Of a DNA stretch of 59,239 nucleotides, positions 39,550 through 49,560 are shown one piece after another. Both the position numbers and the translations under genes were made by a program. The notes under the pieces are model-generated. The model made no database searches. It was not told the origin of the DNA and saw nothing but the letters and a program-made list of their open reading frames with translations. This stretch comes from a virus. Taxonomy: Duplodnaviria > Caudoviricetes. Position 1 is the first letter of the stretch; each line of letters starts with the position of its first letter. Location of the stretch: positions 1-59,239 of the IMG/VR virus record IMGVR_UViG_3300034064_000298. One strand, 5' to 3'.

Positions 39550-40959
39550 TTATGACTTGTTCTTGATAGACTTGAGCAGCTGGCCTAGCTTCGCGCTCTG
39601 AACTTCGGCAGTCACCCTATGTATCTCACCCGTGTCTTTGTCGACCAGGTCTTCGTTTATTTTACCAGGCGATTTTATGGTGTCCAGAATGTTTGGTTTC
39701 TTAATATACCCAGAACTCTGCTGTTGGTCTTCGCCTAGATCGATGATTCGCATGGTTTCGACATTGTAATCCAGATCGATTTTCTGTCCGACACCGGTAC
39801 TTGAACGAGACTTCATACACTGAATTTGGTACCGTCCTTGTTCTTTCATCGCTCTAGACGTGAATATACCAAATACGTTATCGGCTGTGTTGATCTTACT
39901 GATACCACCTGATATGTGGCTATGGTCAAATTCTATTTCTTCAACCGCCGAGCGATTCAACTGGCTGGCTGTTATCATCAACACATTCAATTCTTTGGCA
40001 AGATTTCTCAGCTCTTCCGATACATATTTGTCCTTGATGAATAGATCATTTGGGTTTACTTTCGCAGTGACTGGCATGAGAAGATCAAGATAATCCACCA
40101 TCACGAAGTCGACCTTTATTCCTGTCTTGATCTGAACTTCTTTTAGATAGCTCCTGATGTCATTGATGTTACTCTGTGCTGGCAATCCCTTGACTCGGTA
40201 CTGGCCCATTTTCTTCGATGCCATCTTCACCCGCAAGCTGGCAGTATCGATGTCTTTTCGGATATCTTTGGTGCTCATTTGCGTGAGCATGGCATCGGTT
40301 CGAAGGCTGGTAAGTTCTTCACTAAGTTCGAGCGTGATATATACTCCGCTTAGGTTTTGCTGCTGTAACCAGTTTAGTGCTATGTTCATCATCACCAGCG
40401 ATTTACCTGAACCTGAACCACCGGCAAAGATGTTCAACTCACCTCGACTAAAACCACCATACAGAATCTTGTCCAACTGAGGCCAACCAGAGGATACCTG
40501 ACCACCTGAACTGAAATATCGGTTGATTCGTTCCGAGGGATTGTCGAAGTAATCTGTTCCCATGTCCTTGGTGAGCGATATTTGGACCGCTGATTTGATC
40601 AGGCTTTCAACAGGACCATAGTCACCCTTTTCCAAGAGATCAGCAGACTTCAAGATCGCTCGCTCAAGCTCTTGACGACGTGTAAATCTCTCGAATTCAG
40701 TGAGGGCCCAGTCGACATGACCCTCGTTCATTTCGTCCACCTGGAATAGTTTCACTCCGGTGGTGACTTCAATTTGCTTTAGCGTCGGTAGGGTGTGATG
40801 CTTGTCGCAGTGTTCCTTTATGAAAGCAGCGGCAGGTCGAATTTTTCGATCAAAGTTCTCCTCGTTGTAAATATTCTGCACACGGACGAATATCTCTGCG
40901 TCCGTCAACATCATTTCCAGAAATAGCTTCTGGATATCAATTCCGTATTCTTTGATCAA
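39550..40959 (-). CDS. DnaB-like replicative helicase (T4 gp41-like)
   Basis: GGSGSGKS Walker A, TLELSE, VDYLD, TASQLNR, KSR. Confidence 0.93.
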   Translation of the reverse strand: MIKEYGIDIQKLFLEMMLTDAEIFVRVQNIYNEENFDRKIRPAAAFIKEHCDKHHTLPTLKQIEVTTGVKLFQVDEMNEGHVDWALTEFERFTRRQELERAILKSADLLEKGDYGPVESLIKSAVQISLTKDMGTDYFDNPSERINRYFSSGGQVSSGWPQLDKILYGGFSRGELNIFAGGSGSGKSLVMMNIALNWLQQQNLSGVYITLELSEELTSLRTDAMLTQMSTKDIRKDIDTASLRVKMASKKMGQYRVKGLPAQSNINDIRSYLKEVQIKTGIKVDFVMVDYLDLLMPVTAKVNPNDLFIKDKYVSEELRNLAKELNVLMITASQLNRSAVEEIEFDHSHISGGISKINTADNVFGIFTSRAMKEQGRYQIQCMKSRSSTGVGQKIDLDYNVETMRIIDLGEDQQQSSGYIKKPNILDTIKSPGKINEDLVDKDTGEIHRVTAEVQSAKLGQLLKSIKNKS

Positions 40960-41938
40960 GTTTCATCCTCATAAGTTCGATTTTTATTTTACTGGTGTGA
41001 GCTGCTTCCATGATGGCAAGCAACGCACCAAGACGTCCGTATGTTCTGACAGCATCCGCAACGTCTTTGATACCATGATCCCACTGTGGAATACTCACCG
41101 CCCACCCCATTTCGATTGCGCGGCTGATCATGGTTTGGCCCGAGATATCTTGGTCAGGCACTACTATTATATCTCGTCTCAGTGAATTTATCAAGTTGGA
41201 TTGTTCATCATTGACCGTGTTGTGCAACACCGCGAGGCCATTGATTGCAAGGGCGTCGAACACTCCTTCAACCACGATCGCTGATGTCCACTCCGGCATT
41301 TGCAAATCTGCGCCGAATACATATCCAGGTTGAATATCATGAATATATTTTCGTTTTTTGTTGTCCAAGTATCGAGAAGAATGTCCAACGATTCTATTAT
41401 TATGCGTGAATGGTATAACTATTCGATTACCATCTCTAGCGTATTCTCCATTGCCTGTGCCTACCATAAATGGATAACAAGATGGATCAATAGCTCTATC
41501 TTTCAAGTATTTGACAAACTTTTCGTGCGCTGGGTTATTTTGATCAAGTAACTCAGTCTCGTCGGGTAGTTCCTTGCTCTCGAACCTGATCTTACGAGTA
41601 GGCCCAAGGTGCTGTTTGTGTTCCTCTATGATGCCATAAATGCTTTTGTGTCTTAGGCTTTCGAGATTGATATATTCTATCATCGTCTCGTCCACGCCAA
41701 GCCATTCTAGCAGACGTCGTGATTTGAGTGATAGGATTTTCCCTTGAGAGAATCCAGTGACGTATCCGCAGTTGAAGCAGTGCCACTTCCATGAACCGTC
41801 TGTGTCGACTTTTAGTCCACCTCTGCCTCGCTTGTCCGGAGTTTCGCCCATGTGAACACAGCATGGTGCATTCAAAGCCCACCAGCCAGAAGGTGTAGAC
41901 TTCTTTTTGTGTGTTATCAAAGTTAGTATATCAATCAT
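40937..41938 (-). CDS. DNA primase (Zn ribbon plus TOPRIM)
   Basis: APCC..HCFNCG, RIVIPF, VEGVFDA, PDQD, KDVADA; promoter at 41945-41973. Confidence 0.9.
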   Translation of the reverse strand: MIDILTLITHKKKSTPSGWWALNAPCCVHMGETPDKRGRGGLKVDTDGSWKWHCFNCGYVTGFSQGKILSLKSRRLLEWLGVDETMIEYINLESLRHKSIYGIIEEHKQHLGPTRKIRFESKELPDETELLDQNNPAHEKFVKYLKDRAIDPSCYPFMVGTGNGEYARDGNRIVIPFTHNNRIVGHSSRYLDNKKRKYIHDIQPGYVFGADLQMPEWTSAIVVEGVFDALAINGLAVLHNTVNDEQSNLINSLRRDIIVVPDQDISGQTMISRAIEMGWAVSIPQWDHGIKDVADAVRTYGRLGALLAIMEAAHTSKIKIELMRMKLDQRIRN

Positions 41939-41969
41939 GCGTCCATGATAACATGATTTTCAAGGGTTG

Positions 41970-43115
41970 TCAACGATAAAATAGATTTACCACGAATCCT
42001 GTAGTGATAGCAACAATCGCTCCCTGATTAGCAGGTGGCACTGGATAAGCGTATGGATTTACACCACCAGCAGGTAGAGGCCAATAACCTGAACCTTGTT
42101 CGGTGACCACGATCTCGGTGACCGTTCCCTGTGCGTTTATAACAGCATACGCAGCAGCGCCCGCACCATCTCCTAGAATATCTACCCTAGGCGGCGCCAG
42201 ATAGCCTGAACCGCCGTTTTGCACTGTGATGCTCTGTAGTTTGCCATCGGTGCAGAAGGCATAGGCCAACGCCGGAACACCAGGAGGATTGGGCGTGGCA
42301 AAAATGCTATTGTTGAAGCACATGCGAAGCAGCGGATACCACCCCTCCACCGTCCAGTGGATAGTGCCTGTGTGGTTCAAGTATGTCTTGCTCTCAGTTA
42401 CGTTGTACCAGAGACTTTGGTAGTTTTCAGCCCACTGAGCTTTGATCGTGCCAGTGTATTGGATTAGATCCATCTGAATCGTGGTTATCGAACTTGTTGG
42501 CTCAATGAAGCTGGAGTAGTATTCTGTGTTCAACCATGAGTTGTAATAGCTACCATTTCCAGACCAGTATTGTCCTGCCCAGTTGGGATAATTTTGGTAA
42601 CTGGTGCCACCATAACTGACCTGACTTGACAGCTCCACCGTAGGAATGGTCAACGGAGCACTCGGCACGAACTGAGGCAATGCAGAGTTCACGATGTCCA
42701 TCATTGCTCTAGCGCCTGCCTGTGCATCGGTGAATACAGCTTCGGTCAGATTGCCAGACTTACGAACTATGGAATAGCTGGCTGGTTGAGCCTGTAGTTC
42801 TACCAGTTCCGGTTGCGTGAATGTCACCTTAGCTCTACCCGTAGATCCATTCAATATAACCATTGCTTTTTCTAGTAGAATCTTGAGGCCATTTGTGGTC
42901 ATTACTCTGAACACAAATGAACTACCGGTAATATTCACCGGTTTTTCATCTTGATTTACAAACTCGAACAATAGAACGTTATCTACTCCGAGATTTAAGG
43001 TTAATTTCTTTGCGTACACGGGTGAATACCTATAGGTGAAAGTATAATCCCCGCTCGTATTCATTAGTAATACACGGGTCTTTTGTTGAAATATATAAAC
43101 TGTTGTAGAGTACAT
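41970..43115 (-). CDS. Putative baseplate/tail structural protein
   Basis: FVNQDEKPVNITG N-terminal domain, GGSGY/QGSGY repeats; late motif at 43123-43130. Confidence 0.6.
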   Translation of the reverse strand: MYSTTVYIFQQKTRVLLMNTSGDYTFTYRYSPVYAKKLTLNLGVDNVLLFEFVNQDEKPVNITGSSFVFRVMTTNGLKILLEKAMVILNGSTGRAKVTFTQPELVELQAQPASYSIVRKSGNLTEAVFTDAQAGARAMMDIVNSALPQFVPSAPLTIPTVELSSQVSYGGTSYQNYPNWAGQYWSGNGSYYNSWLNTEYYSSFIEPTSSITTIQMDLIQYTGTIKAQWAENYQSLWYNVTESKTYLNHTGTIHWTVEGWYPLLRMCFNNSIFATPNPPGVPALAYAFCTDGKLQSITVQNGGSGYLAPPRVDILGDGAGAAAYAVINAQGTVTEIVVTEQGSGYWPLPAGGVNPYAYPVPPANQGAIVAITTGFVVNLFYR

Positions 43116-43159
43116 GGTTGAGTATTTATCATTATTTTTTTACCGATAAATACCACAAC

Positions 43160-43540
43160 ATGAACAACTTAATATTCACCAAATTAGCCGAAAGGTATCC
43201 ATTTATTACATTATGTATCTATGCTTCCGAGGAGTATGTAGGCATAATACAGAACAAGGATGACACCATTACGTCGATGTATGACTTTGGTAGCATAATT
43301 GATATTGAGTTGAAACGACGTTTTATTGAATTAGCTAATATATGGTGGTGGGAAAGTAATCGTTCGATTCCAATCAATATATTCCTGAAAAGAGACTGGG
43401 AAGTATTTCGCCCATATATGAAAACATTTACCAACAAAGATCTGAATATTATTCATGGACCAGTATGCAGTCTAAGTGATCTGGCCAAACTCAGGTCCAA
43501 ACGGCGTAGTATAACTCTCGTCAAGCGTATTGACCAGTAG
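43160..43540 (+). CDS. Conserved hypothetical protein (start MNNLIF)
   Basis: WWWESNRSIPINIFL; GATAAATA at 43145-43152. Confidence 0.65.
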   Translation: MNNLIFTKLAERYPFITLCIYASEEYVGIIQNKDDTITSMYDFGSIIDIELKRRFIELANIWWWESNRSIPINIFLKRDWEVFRPYMKTFTNKDLNIIHGPVCSLSDLAKLRSKRRSITLVKRIDQ

Positions 43541-44089
43541 ATTCATGTGAATTTTTGCCAACATGGCGTAACTGATCGCATGCGACTTTCTGAATACAAA
43601 TCCCTTACTGTCATCTCCGTCCCACACTGACTCAAACACCGTAGGCCAAGGCATATTTTGCAGATGCGCCTTCCCTGGTCTAATGATCGAAATTATTGCT
43701 GCCAATCTTGGAATGGAGTCTGGCTTCATTCTTGACAACAGGTCGGGCCTACCACCTATATGAACAATTTGACTTGCCCATTCAGAGTCATTCCATAGTC
43801 GTTCCCATGGTGGCTCAGTTGTGAGCAGTTGTTCGTAGTGATCTTGATCGCGTATCATGGCATAGACGGACATGTTCAACAGATCGATCTTAAAATAGCC
43901 TCGCCTCTCTGCCTCCTCGTAGTCTATTGCTGCACACTTCAGAATAGGATCATACGGGATCTCGGTAGCATATATTCCACTGTTGTGTAATCTAGGTTTT
44001 CCCATGTGACTTTGTCTGGCCGACGTGTGGCGGATCAACCTCAGTAGTTGATTTCTGTCACCAATGTCGATGTCAATATCAGCACTCAT
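43472..44089 (-). CDS. Minimal DNA polymerase III alpha (DnaE, family C) catalytic core
   Basis: DIDID, HNSGIY, FKIDLL, IRPG, FRKSHAISYA. Confidence 0.75.
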   Translation of the reverse strand: MSADIDIDIGDRNQLLRLIRHTSARQSHMGKPRLHNSGIYATEIPYDPILKCAAIDYEEAERRGYFKIDLLNMSVYAMIRDQDHYEQLLTTEPPWERLWNDSEWASQIVHIGGRPDLLSRMKPDSIPRLAAIISIIRPGKAHLQNMPWPTVFESVWDGDDSKGFVFRKSHAISYAMLAKIHMNLLVNTLDESYTTPFGPEFGQIT

Positions 44090-44773
44090 TTACCACCCCG
44101 CTTGGCGTAATATATCTTGGGCATATTCTTGATCTTCTGGACGATTGAGCATGATTTTCTGCCAGTACATCGTGTCGATATACGGCCAGATCATTGCTAT
44201 CTGATCGCTGGTTAGTTCCGATAGAAACTTCTGTCCACTGTCACTGGAATATAGCACCCATGGACTTAGACGCCCAGCAACGATCGCGTGAAGATTTGCG
44301 TTCACGTTTCCATACCGTAGAACATCCTTTGCAGGATGTTCGGTTTTTTCTTGCCAAGTTATCGAATACTCCACGGCTCGACTCAGTGCGTCGCTTACGT
44401 CCTCGACACGAAGGTAGTCGATCAAGAAAGCGGTATAGGATGTGTCCTTGCACCAGTGATCGATTTTCTTGTTGTTCTTCAGAAGGTATTCCACGAATCT
44501 CATAGGATTGATAATCTTCGTGTTCACGCTGTATATACCGAACTTGACAAATGCCAAGTAGTATGGACTATTGATGAAATCCATAATCGTTCTCGGTTTG
44601 TGATTGCCAGCAGATATTTCATAGAACTTCAAGAACGCGTAGAAACCTAGCCTTACACCTGGATCATCTTTGGCTAGAAATCTACGTTTCTTCTCGCATG
44701 AATGCGACAATAAGGACGATGGTCTCTTGAACTCTTTCTTGCAATATTCGCAAGTCATGTCCTCCGTTGTCAT
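44090..44773 (-). CDS. Zinc-finger protein in replication block (start MTTEDM)
   Basis: CEYC...F.....L..H.C. Confidence 0.6.
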   Translation of the reverse strand: MTTEDMTCEYCKKEFKRPSSLLSHSCEKKRRFLAKDDPGVRLGFYAFLKFYEISAGNHKPRTIMDFINSPYYLAFVKFGIYSVNTKIINPMRFVEYLLKNNKKIDHWCKDTSYTAFLIDYLRVEDVSDALSRAVEYSITWQEKTEHPAKDVLRYGNVNANLHAIVAGRLSPWVLYSSDSGQKFLSELTSDQIAMIWPYIDTMYWQKIMLNRPEDQEYAQDILRQAGW

Positions 44774-44780
44774 GTGTGTC

Positions 44781-44951
44781 TCAGTGAGTAGTTGAATATT
44801 TAACATTCACGGTATTTGGACGTTCAACGTCTGTTGCTTTGCAATCTTGAATTACACCACCATTCGCTAGGAACACTTCCATCTCTTTCTTGATCTGGTC
44901 GGAGTGGCGTTCCTTGAATGTCTTGTTTTCGTCTTTCTTTTTTTCGATCAT
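44781..44951 (-). CDS. SutA-like small RNA polymerase-binding protein (not in ORF track), 56 aa
   Basis: MIEKKKDENKTFKERHSDQIKKEMEVFLANGGVIQDC...; GGAGA RBS. Confidence 0.55.
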   Translation of the reverse strand: MIEKKKDENKTFKERHSDQIKKEMEVFLANGGVIQDCKATDVERPNTVNVKYSTTH

Positions 44952-44975
44952 ACGTTGTCTCCATTGTGTAGTTGA

Positions 44976-45452
44976 TCAGCCAAGTTCCTTCTTGATTTGT
45001 TCCTTTGTCCAGCCCATTGCTTCGGCCAATTTTTTCAGTTCCTTTACGTCGGTGAACTGTGACATCAGTTTTACATCATCTGCCTTCAGGGAAGGATATA
45101 GCTTCATGAGAAACTTTTCTCCCTTGTTGCTCCCGCCACCTTCCTTCTTTTTCTGTGCGAGCCAGGGATGACGCTGCTTTCCTAACCCTGGACTCACGGT
45201 TGTTGCCATGAGCCATTGTAGCTCAGGATGTTTGTTGACAGCGAAGAAATGCTTATTCAGCCTCTCGTTGGTCGAGATGATATAGAATTCCTGAAGTTCC
45301 GAACTACCCTCTACTGTGACACCCCAAGAAATCATCAGGTAGTTGCTGAATTTCTTCCGATCTTCGTCGGTGAAGTTTTTGTAGTAGTCACGATCCTTTA
45401 GATCGAAGGCTGCCATTTCCGACTGTATGTCTAGTTTGCTACTCATTACCAT
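44976..45452 (-). CDS. Possible clamp-loader small subunit (gp62-like)
   Basis: TNE..N.H......ELQW......KQRHPW pattern; position in replication block. Confidence 0.4.
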   Translation of the reverse strand: MVMSSKLDIQSEMAAFDLKDRDYYKNFTDEDRKKFSNYLMISWGVTVEGSSELQEFYIISTNERLNKHFFAVNKHPELQWLMATTVSPGLGKQRHPWLAQKKKEGGGSNKGEKFLMKLYPSLKADDVKLMSQFTDVKELKKLAEAMGWTKEQIKKELG

Positions 45453-45961
45453 GCCTTCCTGTAGTCGACGACCTCACAGTTCCTGCTTATTTCTTTCACA
45501 AAGTACACGCACTCTGGTTTTTCTTTGTCGGTTATAGGAACACATAGCATGTGTCCGTTTTTCATTTTTGGACTGAACCAGGTCACTTCTTGGTACACAT
45601 CCATGATCTCAATATCAGGAAAGGTTGGCGAAAAGCTGCTCAGTGGGTTATACTGAAAGGCTTTGAACCCTCTGTCGTTTATCGACGTGAGCGAAATAAC
45701 TTCCAGATCACCAAGGTCAGGTTCACCTATCAAAATTTGCCAGTCGATCGGCATTTTTACTATGTTTTCGCCAATACGCAACACTAAAGCAGGTGCGGTA
45801 AAACTCTCCAAAAATATAAGAGGAATATAGTAGTAGTCTGGCGATAAAGGATTGCTGTTGTCCAGCACCGCGAAACGTAGATCATCGACGTCAGTGTGAA
45901 GATGATACAGATCGAAAGGTTTATTGTTATCTAAGGTTAATATTTTCAAGAGACTCTCCAT
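45446..45961 (-). CDS. Conserved hypothetical protein
   Basis: 171-aa ORF downstream of UvsW; two overlapping sigma70-like promoters at 45964-46001. Confidence 0.6.
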   Translation of the reverse strand: MESLLKILTLDNNKPFDLYHLHTDVDDLRFAVLDNSNPLSPDYYYIPLIFLESFTAPALVLRIGENIVKMPIDWQILIGEPDLGDLEVISLTSINDRGFKAFQYNPLSSFSPTFPDIEIMDVYQEVTWFSPKMKNGHMLCVPITDKEKPECVYFVKEISRNCEVVDYRKAW

Positions 45962-46004
45962 GTAGTATCATCAGTGTACTGTCATCTGTCAATAAAGTCA
46001 AGTC

Positions 46005-47465
46005 TTAATTTTTCCATTCTAGCTTTTCTTGTGTAAAAGGATACCGAGCATCTTTGTAGAATGCTTTCCTTTTTGAAAGATGGCGTTTGGCAAACTTACA
46101 GCTGGACGTAATATCCCAGATATTGACGAAATCCTTGTCCTCAGCTTTGCGAATACCTCTACCAATACTCTGAATAACTCTCACAAAGCTCTTGCCAGGT
46201 TCAATGAGTACAAGGTTAAATATTCTAGGTATATTGATGCCTACCGCTGCCACGCCATACGTTGCTATAATGATCTTGTCGTCACTAGTAGCGACATCGT
46301 CGTACTCGGTTTGCCTGTCCGATGCTTTGGTGCTACCAGAAACGAAAACTGATCCATCTAGCTGTGTCACTAGAGCTTTACCAGGCGCGACACGATCAAC
46401 CAATACCAGAGTATTTCCAGTCTTGGCGATTTCGCTGATAACTTTAGCCATAGTTTCCAAACGCTCCTTGTTCTCAAGTAGGAACTTCAGCTCCTTCTGA
46501 TAATCCTTGAACTCTACGTGGTCAACCAGTTGAATAATGTTGACGTGACATTGTGCCAACACTCCCTTGTCCTGCAACTCGGCAGCAGATAGATGGCTGA
46601 TCACTGGACCTAGACTTACAGTCAATGCTATTCGGTTGAAGTCTTCCTTTGGTACAGTTCCAGTTAGGCCCCACCGAATAGGAATTTCACCCATAACTCC
46701 AGTGAGTAGTTGCTTCAGCGCAGATGCCTTCGCTTGGTGAGCCTCGTCTATCATGACGCAAACAACGCCCTCGATGAACTCTTGGATAGTTATCGCTGCT
46801 TCTCCATCTCTGGTGTTTTTGAAAAGTTCATTCAGGCTTTGCCATGTGCTTATGGTATGGGTTTTGCCGAACTCTTTTCGATCACCATAGTACACGCCTA
46901 CGTCCAGGCCGAGGTTGATATAGTCCTTTTCGGTCTGCGTTACTAGACTCTTGTTGGGAACTACCACGATGGTCCTGCCGTGTGCTTCGCACCGTTGGCT
47001 TAGGGTAGCCGTGATGAGAGTTTTGCCTGCACCTGTTGCAACCTCCTGAATGCTCTGTGTGTTAGTTAGGAAGTTGTTTACCGTTTCTACCTGGTAGTCT
47101 CGTAGCTTGATTGCCACCCCTTCATTCGGATGACCTTTTGGCCATGTTTTATGTGAGAAGGTATCCTCGGTCACAGGCTCGAAGTTGAACGCGGTATTGT
47201 ATTCTCTGACGTCAACCAAGTCGATATCGTAGCCCTTGTTGGACACTATAGGCAGTATCTCTTCCAAGAGGTTCACATAGGTCGAACCTCCCATCTGAAA
47301 GTAGTTGGTTGAACCATCCCAGCGTCCAAGACGGACACTGGTACAGTATTTCAGTGCGGGATCGATGAATTTGAACTTCTTGGTGAGTATCTTCCTGGTA
47401 TCAAGATCCAACCCCTCAAATTTGCAATTCACCTCATCCTTGACGATCAGTGTACATTGTTTCAT
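46005..47465 (-). CDS. uvsW: UvsW-like superfamily 2 helicase
   Basis: LRDYQ, ATGAGKT, DEAH, GLTGT, GINIP, QSIGRGIR. Confidence 0.9.
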   Translation of the reverse strand: MKQCTLIVKDEVNCKFEGLDLDTRKILTKKFKFIDPALKYCTSVRLGRWDGSTNYFQMGGSTYVNLLEEILPIVSNKGYDIDLVDVREYNTAFNFEPVTEDTFSHKTWPKGHPNEGVAIKLRDYQVETVNNFLTNTQSIQEVATGAGKTLITATLSQRCEAHGRTIVVVPNKSLVTQTEKDYINLGLDVGVYYGDRKEFGKTHTISTWQSLNELFKNTRDGEAAITIQEFIEGVVCVMIDEAHQAKASALKQLLTGVMGEIPIRWGLTGTVPKEDFNRIALTVSLGPVISHLSAAELQDKGVLAQCHVNIIQLVDHVEFKDYQKELKFLLENKERLETMAKVISEIAKTGNTLVLVDRVAPGKALVTQLDGSVFVSGSTKASDRQTEYDDVATSDDKIIIATYGVAAVGINIPRIFNLVLIEPGKSFVRVIQSIGRGIRKAEDKDFVNIWDITSSCKFAKRHLSKRKAFYKDARYPFTQEKLEWKN

Positions 47466-47468
47466 GCG

Positions 47469-47747
47469 TTACTCATAGTTGGTCAAGTCGATGCTAGACC
47501 ATAAGGAAAGTTTCGTCAACTTTTTATTTCTCGCTACATCTATGGCGTCGCTACTGATGACCTCTTCCTGTGTGAGGATTTGTATCATCGCGCAGAGATC
47601 GCCGATTTCCTCTTCAAGGCGTTGCTTGTTGGTTTTACCATTCCACTCGGAGTCTATGCCAAACCTAAATATCTTAGATATGGCTTGCGATACCTCGGCA
47701 CATTCTTCTTGCGTGATGCAAAGGATTTCTTTATTTTGTTTGTCCAT
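47469..47747 (-). CDS. MazG-like nucleotide pyrophosphohydrolase
   Basis: EECAEV.QAISK..RFG, LEEEIGD. Confidence 0.8.
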   Translation of the reverse strand: MDKQNKEILCITQEECAEVSQAISKIFRFGIDSEWNGKTNKQRLEEEIGDLCAMIQILTQEEVISSDAIDVARNKKLTKLSLWSSIDLTNYE

Positions 47748-47786
47748 TATTTATCTCCAGGTTGGTTATTTTAGGTGAGGGCAGCC

Positions 47787-48791
47787 TTACGCTGCTCCCA
47801 TCATGCAAGTCATCTTAGCAATGCTGCGCCACTTCTTGGCATTCACCTTAGTAAGGTCGGCAATTTTCAGTGCCATGCGAATCGACATCTCGTTGAGCTT
47901 GTTGCGGTTCTCATCCATGAAGTCGATGATCTCCTCTTCCTGCTCTGGTTCGAGGTTATAGCCTTGGAAGAGGGCGCCTGTCTTATATATCTGCTTTACG
48001 CGAAGGAACTTGTCGCGCATGCTGTTCATTGTCAGGTCAAGGTAGTGGCACCGGCTACCAAGGGCGGCCAAATGGTCTTGGAGCTTCTTGCTCTTGATGT
48101 TGTTGAAGTCAAGGTTAGTGATGAAGATGATGGAAGCCTTGAAGTCGTAGGAGTCAGGAATGTCTTCACGGCGAAGCATGTGGCTGTCGGAGTTCCAGTG
48201 AATCCTACGCTTCTTGCCGGAGTCAAGGGCTGCTTTTAGGATGTTCAAGGACAACTCGTCGTTGAATACGCTATCGCAGTCGTCGAAAACCAATACGTTA
48301 CCAGGTTCGCTGAACTTGTAGAGTTTAGCGTATAGTCCGATCGGGCTGATCGCTCCCTTTACGATGTCATACTTCAGTGGGCGATTCGCTATCACATCAA
48401 ACAAGGATGCTTTTTCCAGCTGTTGCTCTACGCCGTAGCTCTTACCTACACCAGGAGGTCCAACTACGATCATGGAGCGAATGTTGCCCATGATCGCTGC
48501 GTCTGTCATGTCTTCGAGAATCTCGAAGCGTTCGCTGATGCGCTCCATGATCTCGTCGTCGGTTTCGCGCTGAACCGGTTCAACTGGTACTTCTGAAATT
48601 TCGTAGTCGTGGTGGCTGTTGACTCTGATTCGAATATTGTTTCCAGCCTTATCGCCGAATTCTTCGGTTGCCCGGACAGTAATGTAGGCGCCTTTTGCAC
48701 CTTCCTTGTATCCTTTTACCAAAGCAAAGGTCTTGTTGCTGATTGGGTTATTGAGGTAGCTGCCGCTCTTGATGGTAACCGTAGAATTCAT
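47787..48791 (-). CDS. AAA-family ATPase
   Basis: GPPGVGKS, VLVFDDCD, IFITN, ALGSR; promoter at 48826-48854. Confidence 0.85.
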   Translation of the reverse strand: MNSTVTIKSGSYLNNPISNKTFALVKGYKEGAKGAYITVRATEEFGDKAGNNIRIRVNSHHDYEISEVPVEPVQRETDDEIMERISERFEILEDMTDAAIMGNIRSMIVVGPPGVGKSYGVEQQLEKASLFDVIANRPLKYDIVKGAISPIGLYAKLYKFSEPGNVLVFDDCDSVFNDELSLNILKAALDSGKKRRIHWNSDSHMLRREDIPDSYDFKASIIFITNLDFNNIKSKKLQDHLAALGSRCHYLDLTMNSMRDKFLRVKQIYKTGALFQGYNLEPEQEEEIIDFMDENRNKLNEMSIRMALKIADLTKVNAKKWRSIAKMTCMMGAA

Positions 48792-48856
48792 GTCGTCTCT
48801 CTCCGTTTGTTTACGTTATGGGAGTAGTATAGCGTCGTTGACCAGAGGTGTCAACT

Positions 48857-49108
48857 TTAATTTGAAAGAAGTGCGACCATGAGGAACCCCTCTAGGTTCT
48901 CCATCATCTCGGAAAGCTCTCTGGTCATTTTCTGGTAGTTGCCGGTGATATTGCCTCGTTGGCGACACCTTACACTCTCTTTGCTCATCTCGGTGAGCTT
49001 CAGGTCGACGGTAGCTATCATCTTCATCAGATCTCGCCTTGCCACTGGATTCTTGATTCCTCTAGCTTGCTGTTGGATATTGTCCAGCTTTTTGCGTTCT
49101 TCAAACAT
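48857..49108 (-). CDS. Hypothetical helical protein
   Basis: 83-aa ORF. Confidence 0.6.
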   Translation of the reverse strand: MFEERKKLDNIQQQARGIKNPVARRDLMKMIATVDLKLTEMSKESVRCRQRGNITGNYQKMTRELSEMMENLEGFLMVALLSN

Positions 49109-49126
49109 TAGGTGACATCCGGTAGA

Positions 49127-49354
49127 TTATGACCAGCGCAGCAGAAAGGTAGCCAAGTCTTTTCTTGTAAGGTAGAATACGGAGCCCATGTAGGTGTGAG
49201 GTATTCCACTGCTGAACAGCCAGTCTCGTATCTTACTGATTGTGTCTTTTTCACATTCGAGTACCTCGACTCTGTGAGAGTAGGGATACCTCCCACTCGT
49301 TCTGTATCCTAGGTCAGTTATACTGAGTTTCATGTGGCTACTCATCGCTGTCAC
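49127..49354 (-). CDS. Hypothetical protein
   Basis: C-terminal F.LRWS motif common in large-phage small proteins. Confidence 0.55.
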   Translation of the reverse strand: MTAMSSHMKLSITDLGYRTSGRYPYSHRVEVLECEKDTISKIRDWLFSSGIPHTYMGSVFYLTRKDLATFLLRWS

Positions 49355-49517
49355 CTATCACAATGCCTGGAGTGCAGGTTAGCTTCTTCAAATCTTTGTT
49401 GTGCTGCTCTTTGAGAGCGATCAAATTCAACATCTGCTTGCACTCTTTCTCGGTGCTGAACTCACGGGCAAGAACGTCAGGGGTAGATACAAGATACATT
49501 GCCAAAATCCAACTCAT
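49338..49517 (-). CDS. Cassette gene (not in ORF track), 59 aa
   Basis: MSWILAMYLVSTPDVLAREFSTEKECKQMLNLIALKEQHNKDLKKLTCTPGIVIGDSDE, directly behind a repeat copy. Confidence 0.7.
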   Translation of the reverse strand: MSWILAMYLVSTPDVLAREFSTEKECKQMLNLIALKEQHNKDLKKLTCTPGIVIGDSDE

Positions 49518-49560
49518 CTTCTTTCTCCTGTTGTTTGTGTCTATGGGTGTAGTATAGCAG

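Noticed and set aside
27745-47465. Inteins or introns in nrdA, helicases or primase
   Set aside because: The proteins have normal lengths and continuous motifs.
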